Shown here: one piece after another, positions 52,914-64,000 of the stretch | Position numbering within the stretch: the stretch's first letter is position 1 | How the letters are laid out: the number at the start of each line of letters is the position of its first letter | Assembly: GCF_000150275.1 (NCBI RefSeq) | Contig: NW_002060943.1 | Location: forward strand, 9,060,390-9,124,389 | Direction of reading: 5' to 3' | Origin: Trichoplax adhaerens | Taxonomy: Eukaryota > Animalia > Placozoa | Length of the DNA stretch: 64,000 bases | Position numbers and translations under genes: made by a program | The notes under the pieces: model-generated | Told to the model about the DNA's origin: nothing | Seen by the model: only the letters and a program-made list of their open reading frames with translations | The model's database searches: none

Positions 52914-52931
52914 CCCTTCAATTATGGGTGT
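52914..52931 (-). promoter_or_regulatory. snRNA proximal sequence element (PSE) of U1
   Basis: ACACCCATAATTGAAGGG at -61 to -44, resembling the metazoan PSE (TCACCNTNANTNAAA) in sequence and position. Confidence 0.6.
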
Positions 52932-53013
52932 TAAGTTTTGAATTTTTAATGAAATAATTTGTATTATTGTTATTAATATTCCCATATTATTATCGTATGT
53001 GCATTGTATTATT

Positions 53014-53169
53014 GAGCTTTCAAGCATGCTCAGTTATGATACATGATTCTTTCTTGGACTGTGCGTACTGAACAGTCAACACTACCATTATTATGGAGCT
53101 TTCAAGCATGCTCAGTTATGATGCATGATTCTTTCTTGACTGTGCGTACTGAACAGTCAACACTACCAT
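53014..53169. repeat. Two-copy 82-bp-period tandem duplication upstream of U1
   Basis: gagctttcaagcatgctcagttatgat.catgattctttctt(g)gactgtgcgtactgaacagtcaacactaccat at 53014 and 53096. Confidence 0.9.
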
Positions 53170-53344
53170 GATGAATCTTGTGTAGCATGGATAGGGACTG
53201 CAGTATTCAAATAAAATGAAATATAACCCCATTTTTCTACCATCTACTTCTCTCTCTCTTACTTTACTGTATAATCCAGAATTATTTAGTAAGAGAGAGG
53301 GAGACAGAGGAGGGGGATTTGTAGAAAAAGGGTCACGTTTTTAC

Positions 53345-53492
53345 TTGAGTACTGTAGTCCAATGCCATGGACTACAGTACTCCAATTTACCGGTAAATTG
53401 AGTAGTCTGTGAATGCGTATAGTACAGTATAGTACTGTACAAAGTAAGCTCTCTATTGAATAATTGTACAGTACCTGTACTGGAACAGTACT
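53345..53492. repeat. TACAG/CTGTA island with perfect palindromes in the divergent U1 / ACP6 promoter
   Basis: 15-bp perfect inverted repeat 53347-53382, 18-bp palindrome 53383-53400, tagtacagtatagtactgtac. Confidence 0.8.
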
Positions 53493-53674
53493 AGAAATTC
53501 GAAGAATAACTAACTACTATCATAACAGTATTCTTGTAGCATTGGCCATTATCGGTGCTGAGTTAGCGGAATCTACGATTCTATTCCTAATCGCTATTAG
53601 GTAATCCCATTCCTGCAAAATTGACTGTCGTCGCTGGAGAATAGATTAATTAACCAACAGCAGAATCCAGTATT

Positions 53675-56600
53675 ATGATAGCTCGATTGAATGCTGCCAT
53701 CGGGGCAGCTATTTCTTTCTATGTTATTGCTAATAATAATAAAAAGAAGAATCGAAATGAGAACTTCAATCCATCTAGAAACGGCAGAAGGCAACTAGGG
53801 CGCTATCCTGGCCACGAGAAATTGGTTATGGCTTCGGTTGTAATTCGCCATGGCAGTAGAACGCCTGTAGCGACTACTCCCAATTGCGAGCAGGCAAACT
53901 GGGATAGTAGTATACTCTTACAAACGTTACCACACGCCGATTGCCCTCACAAAGTTGTCAGCCTTGATGGCGGTCCGCAGCCTCCGTTAAATTTTGATCT
54001 AGCATACAACAAGGACAAAGTACTAAAAGTACGTATGTTGCTCTGCATAATACCTCGTTAGCTCGCATCAGATATTGTATAAACATGCTGACTTAATGCT
54101 CAAATAGGGTGGATGTCCAGGTGGGCAACTAACTATTCTAGGACAGGAACAAATGGTCCAATTAGGAAAGCGATTGCGGGAACGTTATATTGATCAATTT
54201 AACCTTCTTGAGCCATCATTCCAGGCGGATAGCATCTAGTAATTGCTTATATACCATTAACTTTTCTGGTACTGTACGAGTATCATGTATTCTCACTCTA
54301 TCGAAACTACCTTTGATATGCTGCAGAAAATTGGACAGTGCCGAAACTTAGCAGCGTGCAATAGTGTGCATTGAAGTTGATTAATTTCTATCAGCTTTAA
54401 CAACACAGTACTCAAATATCTATTATAATACAGTACGTTGGAATACATGAAAATAATGATATACTGTACAGTACTTCTGGCAGTAGATTTGCGGAAAATA
54501 TTGACATTCGACAGATGCATCCATGTACAGTATAACAACTTAAATAACGTTAGTTAGCTTGGTGGTAATGTCATAGACAAAGTACCAATTTTTATAAAAT
54601 AGACCGGATTTCTAATATCGACGCCTCGCGACGGAAAATTCGCCCATAAGGCTATTAAATACCTTTCATACATGTACCAGTATAGAAGTTCTTTGCTACT
54701 TATGATTTTTAAGTTAGTTGATCTAGTCGGCGTTACATATTATAATCATCATTATGTTGAATGTTTTATAAGAATAAACGAACTGAGCACTCAGAGGCAC
54801 ACCATTAACTTGATTGATAGCGCTGTATGTAGACGCTTTAACAATTTATACGTATTTTGGTAATCATCGCATACACCTGTTAACATCGTAAAGCTTTAAT
54901 TATAATCAGAATATAGTAACTTCAATTAAAATTTATATTACTATTACCGGTATTTCTGCGCCGGAAATTTTTAGTTTAACTTGAAAATCTTCCAAATGCG
55001 GTGCTAATTATAATATCACCAAATGTTATCTAAATAGTATAAGGACCTCCAATATCTTGCGATCCATCAACTCTGCCAAATGCTTTATGGTAGGCTTATA
55101 CAGTGAGCTAACTGAAAGATCAAAAGGTCAGCTAATCTCCATTTAAGCTTTAATAATCATGTCTATCATGCAATATCTATTATTGCATAATTGGTATCAT
55201 TTGATTATTTATAATTCTGAAGATATAATTTATGACTTTGTCAGATATGTTAGCAGTAAAACCCTAAGCCTAAACTGTATAATAGCCATAATTGCTTCTT
55301 TATTACCATAATGCTCTACAAACACGAAGTAGGGGCATTAATGATAACGTATAATTACTTTAAATTTTCTTTGCCTTCTAGGCTGCCATTAAATATTATT
55401 TATAATGCCTACTATTTAAACGTCAGCTATCAGACTAATTTCATACTAATAGCAAATACAAAATTAAAAAATTCGAAAGCAATAAAAGCTATCACTTCTG
55501 TTGCAGATGATCCAATTATCCTACATACAACTGAATCTAAAAATGAATTTCTTTACCCAAACGTTGGCTCTTGTCCACTTATGAAAAAATTTTATAGAGC
55601 TGTACACAAACATAATGAGTTTGAGTCAGCAGGTCGTAGAATCTTTCATGACGTCCTTCAAATTGATGACATGAAGAGTCTCTATGAAAATAAACTTTTG
55701 GCTAAGAATCATATTGATATATTAGATGATTTAGAGAGTAGGAGGGTGACTTTTTAAAGCATAGATATAGTGTATCTAAAATACCGGTTTTAACATGTAG
55801 CATATTAAAGTTGATATTGATAATGTAGAGCTATACGCAGCCAAGAAGTTTTTAGAATATAAGGATTTTAAAATTTTATACTTACAATTAGGCTCATGGT
55901 ATGGCATTACCGGATGTCCTTATTGATCACTACAGCCAAATTAAAGAAATTGGCTACAAAGCGTTATGTAGCTTATTCAGTGAAAAGTAATAGACCGCTA
56001 GCAGTTTTCACAGTATATTCGTACTCGTATGTAGCACACGGTATCGTTAGCCGAATGTCACACATCAGTGCCATAGAATTTAGCATAATAAAGGATTAAC
56101 ATAAGACTGTATGACTAAATGTAATATACGTGTAGTTTACAAGAGGCAATAAATTTATGTGAAAATAGTGATTTGTGAAGGTATATCTCTAATTTTTTTA
56201 TGCAACTTTTGAATTTTACGGATTATAGTGTATTACTGAAAGTCTCCAGCGGAAGATTTATGGATGATATTCTAAAAAGAATGGATGCTGTAGTAAACAA
56301 TCAAAGGTGGAGAGTTAGTTTCATGTCGTCTACGTTGAAAAATTTTATACTTTCTCGTAACTTAATTTAGAATTATGGATTTACCAATCATGTTAATTAC
56401 ATGCTTTCGTAATAGCCCTACTAGACTATGTCTTTATTCTGCTCATGATACCTCATTAATCGTATTATCGGCTGCGGTGACTGGAAAGTTACCAAATGCA
56501 TGGCCACCATTTGCCTCGTTTTTGGTGTTTGAGCTCTATCGCACATTTGTGAGTACAGTATTTCCATTACTGATCATTGTTAGCGAAGATCAGATATCTT

Positions 56601-57085
56601 TCTGAGTATCTGAGGCGCTGAATCATTGCAATTGATTCAACTATGCTTTAATTCTTGATAGAGTGGAAAACACTATGTTAAAGTGAAATTCGAAAATCAG
56701 GTTATTTATAAGTATTCTTATGTATTCATGAGTATTAGTTATGCTATGATAAACTGGAATAACTTTCATAGTCAAATTACTTTATACTATTTATTGTGAT
56801 ATTTGAAGGATTTGGTAATCAATAACTGTGGCGGTTCTACAGAATGCCCTTATAATCGGTACGTAAATATTAAGCAGTACAGGTAGTACGATACTTTAGA
56901 CGGATTCCGCATTAAGTCGCTTTTTGCACTTAAAATAAATATTCAATACTTTGAACAGTCGTAAGATCATGGTTAAATCTCCTAATTTTGTAATATTCGC
57001 CGTTAGGTTTCGGGAAATTGTATCGGAACTAGCTCTAGAAAGCAAGGAGTTTGAAGAACTATGCAGTATACAGGATGGGAATTAA
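53675..57085 (+). CDS. ACP6: Lysophosphatidic acid phosphatase type 6 (histidine acid phosphatase), multi-exon
   Basis: VVIRHGSRTP (RHGxRxP), GGCPGGQLTILGQEQMVQLGKRLRERYI, YIRTSNILRSINSA, EFLYPNVGSCP, LYSAHDTSL (HD motif), WPPFASFLVFELY; stop TAA 57083-57085. Confidence 0.88.
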
Positions 57086-60000
57086 TTTACTGTATGGGAC
57101 ACAAGTTGTGATAAGAAATGTTCGATAATCTCCTGTACTCATGCGCATAGAACGATTTTCATAATAATTTAGTAGCGCAGTATACGAATTCACATCATAT
57201 TAATGAAATAGAATATTCACCGGTGATCAATAAAATATATATAATCATCTTTACTATATTAAATCTATGTCAGAAAATTATGCTTATACATTGACTTTTA
57301 GTCTGATCTGTATTTGCTTGCTTATTGTATCTGTCATATTCTTCACCATACTGGCCCATGATGATACTTCATACACGACAATAATAATTTAAAAATATCA
57401 TTCTAATTGCTTCTACTGCATGTTGATCTATAGTACTATTTACCTGCCGTTATTCATGTGATTTAGTAAATCATATGAAGTTTATTTAATAGTCAGATCG
57501 TGGCAACCGTAAGATCGTTATTGATTGTGACACTTTAATTGCAAGACTGTATATTTTAATAACTATAGAAATTTGACCTTGATGACAGTGCCCGTAAAAA
57601 TTAATTTAAATGGGGTAACTACTTGTAATGCTAAATTGGTTATGGGAAGATTCTCAAGATATTTGCTTAATTAATGTCAATACGTAGTATTACTAAAATT
57701 TTAAATAATACTCTTGTTTTAATACAAATGGTGATATAAACCCCGATGCAGTTTATTTCGCAACTTAATTTAGTTGAAGAAATACACTTTACACAGTTTC
57801 AATTGACAGTTTATCTGTGTTTTTGATATCTTCTGACGCATACTACAATGTTACATATGTTAACTAGGAGAATATTGTCAGTACAATAATTATATTATTA
57901 TATATCAATTCTAGATTACGGATCGTAAGAGTTAACATTTTCGTTAGATCCTTCGGGCTTTAAATGCTCCATGACTATAAGATCTACAAATAAGGAATTT
58001 AAACAAATGATGATTACTGCGTAGTAGTGCTTCATAAGAAGCTAAAGAATTAGTCAGATGCAAAATATGAATGTTATCGAGACTTCAGTGTTAACGTCTA
58101 CTTACGTTTCATTATTGGGGTACGTGTGTAAATACTCCATAGAGAGCTTGAGTTTGAAAGAACGTTACAAATGCATCGTGTACATTTTAGGATTGATTTC
58201 TTTCAGCAGGAAAAGGATGATGAACGTGGTTAATTTTAACCCTTAGTAGGATATAAGGGTGTGATACTGGCTAGACTATTATCGGAGTATTAGAAATACT
58301 CTATTTACTCATCGATACAGTTTTAAATTAAGTTGCTTACAGTACAACGAAAATCAAATTTTAAGAAGAGTCGGATAGTTTTATCGGATTTAATGACTTA
58401 TTACCTTAAAATAATACTAATATCATAAATTTTTTTCGCTTATTTTAGTGTTATAAACAGTCTAAATCCATGCAGATATTGATATTATAATAGGTGATCA
58501 GCAATTCAAATATATATGTACCTTCTATTTTACCAGCCTAATTCCTTCTATAAATATGCTCTCCAGGAAGATCGTATAAGAAATTTGAAACTCTGGCTTA
58601 TTTGAATATAAAAGTTTACTACTACTCATTCGTCATTTACAACATCACACTTGTTCATTTTGCTCAACTATTTTGAATGTAAATTCATTAATTGCTATCA
58701 TCATTCTTTGAACAAGAGAATTAATGACCTTGTGCATTTAGTAGTATTGAGCGATACTTTTCTATAAATTTTATAATATAACTTGTAGTATTATGAGAAT
58801 TTCGGAGCAATTGCAAAAGTTCTAGGTCTCAATCTCAGAGTATCTCAACTCGTTTACAATTTCTTTTTTGGAGGAGGAAACGTGAAGTCTTTATATTCCT
58901 AAATACTGAGGCCTACATCGCTCAATGTGTACAATACTATAATCTTAAAAGTTTCATTCATACAGTCAAAAGAAAAAGTATTTTCTTTTACCTCTATAGT
59001 CTCATTGAGGTTATACAAATCCTGACTAAAATGGATGACCGTAAGTACTACTGTAATCATTTAGACCTGAATTAATCAATAAAAATTATCGGTAATATTC
59101 ACATTAGTAGACTGAAAATTATTATGTATTAACAAATACTCTCAAGCTGTACGCTCATTCGTGGGCACAATTGTACATTTCAAGGATCTTAAGACATTGC
59201 CACGGGTTTATTTGACATATTTTATAACGATCTAATACACCGTCGAAATTGATTGAATCTAATAATTTCGATTTATTTAGAGGATCAACGCAAATACAAG
59301 TTTTCATAACGTTAATTGTGTAGTTCAATGATATATAATTAATCTAACAATGAATATTAATCATTAAATAGAACATTGATTTTACGGAATTTTCGTGTAA
59401 TTCATTCAACATATCTTTTAATAGGATGACAATAAATATGACTTAAGGATTTTAGATTAATAAAAATTGCAAATAAATTATTATACCTCACCACCACACC
59501 GTATTTGGTGATGCAGATGGTTGTTTTAATTACAGAAAAGACAATAGCTGAACTCTAGATCATAATGACGATATAAATTAATGTTAAATTAGTATCTTTT
59601 TGTGAAATGATTACGACGTTGAGATCATATTTCATACAGAATATGTATACCGTACCGTAAATTTAACAGATAAAAAAATCGATTAGGTGAATAATAGTAC
59701 AGTATATAATAATAATATGCGCATAGGCCCGTATATACATATACATATATATATTTTTATATATTCATATAATATATGCAATATATTAGAATATAATTTA
59801 AATAATTGTAATAGAACAGATTCGAGTGCTTTCGAATCTTAAAACCTTCAGTTTCTACTGTACATGGATTAAAAGATTTATATAAAGTTAAACTAGTTAT
59901 AAAACTAATAAAAGTGATGATCGCAGAAGTAAAATATCAGAACTAAATGTAATTGTAGCTGTATTTTATGAAGAGGAAAGTGCATTAACTAGCATCATCG

Positions 60001-60356
60001 TTAGTATGTCGGCTTAATCTTTTATACAAGAACTCAATTTACATTACTTTAGTTCACCGACAATTCGTCCTCAAGAGCTGTTTAGTGATATACATAGATT
60101 TCATCAAATATATACTGTATTAAAAGCAGCTGCTATCTCGATGGAATTCAATATATTTCAATTGTAATAATTTCCATCAATGTACTCAAATACTTTACAT
60201 TGAATCAAAATAAGGTCGAATAGTACAAGGATATACTAAAATCTTAAATTTTATAAGTTTCAGCTATGGAATAACATTTTACTTAAATAATGCAGTAAGT
60301 CCAAAACTGGCTTAGTCATATTATAAAGATATGGAATACCAGGACAAAATTTCCAT

Positions 60357-63300
60357 TTACGATGAAAGATTATTTCGATGAATTGTAATGTCACTATTAG
60401 ATACACTTTTATTAGGATCATCGGATTTTAGGGCTGCAGTTGTCTCTTTTTTTTCCGTTCTATTAAAATAGATTTAAAGCTTAGTTATGATTATAGCGTG
60501 CCGTATATCCGCAAATGTATCTGAAGACTACCTTTCGCTTTCTTTACATTGGCTATCTTTCAAAGGTTCGGAACGATTACCAGACTGTAAACTATTAATC
60601 CCTTCTGATTTACATCTCTGTAATTTATTAACTTTCGCAGTAGGGTATCGAGATTGAAAATTTTGAGAATTCGCAGTTATACCATCATGTTTCTTTATTG
60701 TAACTGATTCTATGTTGGTAACTTTTTTGACCGGCAATTCAACACACTTAAACCTATAAATAAAAAATAAGTGTGAAATTATTAGATTTTACGCAACGTG
60801 GGTTGCTATATACAGCAAAATATTAGCAATTTAGTTACCTTTGAATCGTACATAAGGTGATGATAACCAATAAAATTATTCCACATATTCCACCACATAC
60901 AATACCGACGATTACTAAGGATTCCTGAAATATATTTTTCTTGGTGACTGCTTCTGAGCTGGCGGTGGATACTGGGCGAGTTACAATTAGACCGAATGAC
61001 GGCACTTCTAAATTAAAAAAATTCTCTTTTAAGAATAAAGAGGGGAAAGCGATCCTAAAAAGTTTTACTCACCTGTCTTATTCAAAAAAATCTTAATTGT
61101 GCTATAGGGACCTACTCCAGCAGTAGTTACAGCAGCTATACTGAATTCATAAAATTCCTCCGGGGCGATATTCCTTAAAGCGATATGATTCAGTTTCGTC
61201 GACTCCTTATTCCAAATAGTTTCGCTTTCGCTTTTGTACTTAATCTTATACAAGGTTATAATACCATTAGCTAGTTTTGGAACATTCCAAGTAACAGATA
61301 TCATTCCTGACGATAATTCTTTCACTGAATCAATGATCGGTGGTGATTCGGGAGCGTCTTGTTTTGTTTGAATTATAACTGATTTCGAAGCTTTACTCGG
61401 TAACTCGCCACTATACCTTGAGTAAACAAAGTATGATACATATATTTCATAAGATGTATATGGTCTAAGATTATTTATTCTCGTGTAATTTGTATCTCTT
61501 TCAACGTTGATCATCGTTAAATTGCCGATATTATTCCTTGATATTGATCGATAACTCAACAAATATCTTGTTAGTGTGACAGAATTTGCAATTTTCGGCC
61601 GTTGCCATACCACTTTTAACGATCTACTCTCGATCGTGTTTGCAGATATGTCCTTTAATCTATTCGGTGCTGATATGCTAATATCTAGTAAGGATTTTAG
61701 AAGACATCTCCATTTAAAAATATTAAAGAATAGTGCTCAAACTGATGAAAGTCTNNNNNNNNNNNNNNNNNNNNNNNNNNNNNNNNNNNNNNNNNNNNNN
61801 NNNNACTTAGCATTAGAGTCTCCTTAGATTTGGATATGCCATAAGGTCTGTAATCTAATTGGTACCCTATCAAGTGCTGTTTGCTTTCATTCTCAACGTC
61901 CCAAGTAAAAGTTATCGTTGATGCGTTGATAAACAAGATTTTCAAATTAACGGAAGCGAACGCTATATTAACAAAAACAACTATCGTTACTACCACGCAA
62001 CTTATAATGACACCCAAGCTAAAAGATGTCATACAGCTCTATAAGGGTAGTTAGTTGACTCACTATTACGGATATCTTCTGAACTAGTTTTAATTTGTTC
62101 TGTCCTTGAAAATGGTCCTAAACCAACTGACGTTGCAGCGGCAACTTTGATTGAATATAGCGAATCCGGTAGAACGTCTGGAATTTTAAAATTTTTTAAG
62201 TAGCTGGGGGTATCGTAGACATTGTTAGTTCCAGTCCCTATGTCGGTGCAACTGATATAGTATCTAGTAATTTTTCCATTTTCATACAGTGGATCAACTC
62301 TTTCCCACTTCACTAAGATTGACTATAAAAATAGCCATATAAAATTTTAAGTGTTTTGTTACGTAAAATTGAACTCTTTTAGACATTTAGAAGTTAAACA
62401 AAAGCTAGACTTACCAATGAAACCAATGATAATTTTAGTGTTCGTGGTGATGCTGTCGGTGCTGAAAATAAATGAAGTATAGTATATTTGAGCTTTAACC
62501 AGAATCAAAAATTACAACAAGCATACGATAGCGATCGTACCATCTTCCGCTGTTTTTACGATTAATTTGTTTGAAGGTTGACTCGCCGTACGATAATTCC
62601 ATGCTTTTACAACAAACGTATACTTTCGCCACGGCTTCAGATCTTTCTTAATGGCTACGCTTTCTTCAGAGCGGGAGGTAGTCTGACTATATATGAGGGC
62701 TGGGTTATCAACTGGCCAAAAGTCGATCGTATAATATATTTCAGGATTCAAATTAGACGGTGAAGCATTCCAAGCAAGGGTGACAGTATAGGCCGTAACA
62801 CTAACACTTCTTAAATTCTGCGGAGGATTAGGAACAGGATCTATACGAACATAGTGTAACTTCTTTAAAAAAACATAACATCGTAACTACGTTTTTTTGT
62901 ATTGAGTATCTTATTCATAATAAGATCTAATTCTAAGACATACATTCTTCAACGGTCAGCATAAAGGGCATAGATAAAGAGCTCCCAGCCTCATTTGTTG
63001 CACCAATCTGGTAATATCCTCTATCTTTACCTTCAATTTGATTCATTCTAAAGCTAATTACTTCGTTATCATTGCTGCCAGTACTCGTAGTCTTCCGTGT
63101 TAATTGATGCCTAGAAGATGGATAATTATATTGCATAGGATTTCCATTGTGCAACCACTGTAATTTAGTCTTTGGTTGGCCAATAACTTTGCACTCATAA
63201 CTTAGACTCCCGCCAACTGGTCTAACAATCGAAGTTAAATTGACAGTTTTAATGGTTCCCTGCATTCCGAACTTGAAAGTGAAGTGGCGTATGTAACATA

Positions 63301-64000
63301 CAATCCTAGGAGAAGCTATTGAAATATATGAGATTTATCAATTAGAATAAACAACAGAACGCTTTGTGATGATCTCAGAAATATTACTTTTCATTGACAA
63401 GCCTTTCATTTTTAAATATAAATATGATGACGGTTACACGTTTATCACTACTTCGATTTTAAGCTTATAAGTTTCAAGAAATTACGCCATATAGGTATAA
63501 TACAATCTCAGTCTCTATCAAATACAGGTATACAGGTAAAATAAATTGAACATCACGAGAACACGTTACTCAAAACTTGGATTGCTATGCATATCTCTAA
63601 TTACGTCATATCTGAGCTTAGGATTTCTATTAGCTAAATTTCATCGATTGATCATAATATACAATATAGCATCAACACTATGCGCTAACAAGATATGTTA
63701 CAGTGGGCACAATTTGCATATCATGAAACTGAAAATTATCTAGCTTTCATGAATATCGATATATCATTTAGCTTTCGAATAATTTTGCTTATGAAAGAAA
63801 TACAAATTGGCTAATCTTGTACATATGTTTAGTAATGTTGATTTCATAAATCTACTTACTTATGACTTTCAAATAAGTAGGCGGACACTTGACCGATTTA
63901 TGATTATGAATCGCAATAACTGTGCAGGTCCAAATACCATCGTGAGCGGATCTAATATTTCTTATGGAGTGCTGATTATGACCGTCAAGTGGTATAGGAA
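60357..64000 (-). CDS. Ig-superfamily receptor: at least 2 Ig + ~5 FN3 + TM + non-catalytic tail (DCC/neogenin/protogenin/IGDCC-like); 5' end beyond window
   Basis: Ig exons (HDGIWTCTV; YECKVIGQPKTKLQWLHNG), FN3 motifs (LKPWRKYTFVVKAWN, LPDSLYSIKVAAATSVGLGPFS, LRPYTSYEIYV, IAPEEFYEFSIAAVTTAGVGPYS), TM SLVIVGIVCGGICGIILLVIITLC; stop TAA 60357-60359. Interrupted by a gap. Confidence 0.8.
61755..61804. other. Assembly gap (50 N) inside an FN3 exon region
   Basis: Run of N; the FN3 domain starting ~61962 is truncated by it. Confidence 1.

Noticed and set aside
127-57085. PPIP5K, PIP5K and ACP6 as a functional phosphoinositide/lipid-phosphate gene cluster
   Set aside because: They are separated by unrelated genes with their own promoters and act on different substrates; ancestral linkage explains the co-location more simply.
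57100-60340. Long AT-rich stretch between ACP6 and the receptor (also 32200-34350)
   Set aside because: No convincing exons, RNA genes or repeats were seen by eye; treated as UTR or intergenic DNA.
61963-62063. ATGA stop/start overlap between ORFs 62029-62313 and 61697-62032, with a signal-peptide-like MTSFSLGVIISCVVVTIVVFVNIAFA, suggesting translational coupling or an internal TM
   Set aside because: A 101-nt phase-1 intron (GTGAGT at 62063 to AATATAG at 61963) removes the whole segment and joins the two FN3 domains in frame (IRN-T-FASVNL).

Overview
AT-rich (roughly one-third GC by eye), gene-dense, intron-rich eukaryotic DNA with many ~60-150 nt GT-AG introns. Gene content and compact architecture point to an early-branching animal, most plausibly the placozoan Trichoplax (inference, not checked). 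Exons were spliced by hand. Gene order: PPIP5K/VIP1 (+, first exon outside window), MYCBPAP (-), intronless Sel1-repeat gene A (+), ZWILCH (-), a repeat-rich interval with a 160-bp Helitron-like element and a TTAA-flanked MITE candidate, intronless Sel1-repeat paralogue B (-), SAC3D1 (-), MTFMT (+), an unknown type I membrane protein (-), a probable small secreted-protein gene running into an assembly gap (-), type I PIP5K (+), a U1 snRNA gene (-), ACP6 (+), and an Ig/FN3 DCC/neogenin/protogenin-like receptor (-, 5' end outside window). The most striking unexplained pattern: nearly every gene 5' end sits in a dense island of TACAG/CTGTA pentamers, often with GGACTAC motifs and strong palindromes. 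A three-hairpin element with strand-consistent G-U pairs lies in the leader of Sel1 gene A. Exon boundaries are manual and no searches were run.
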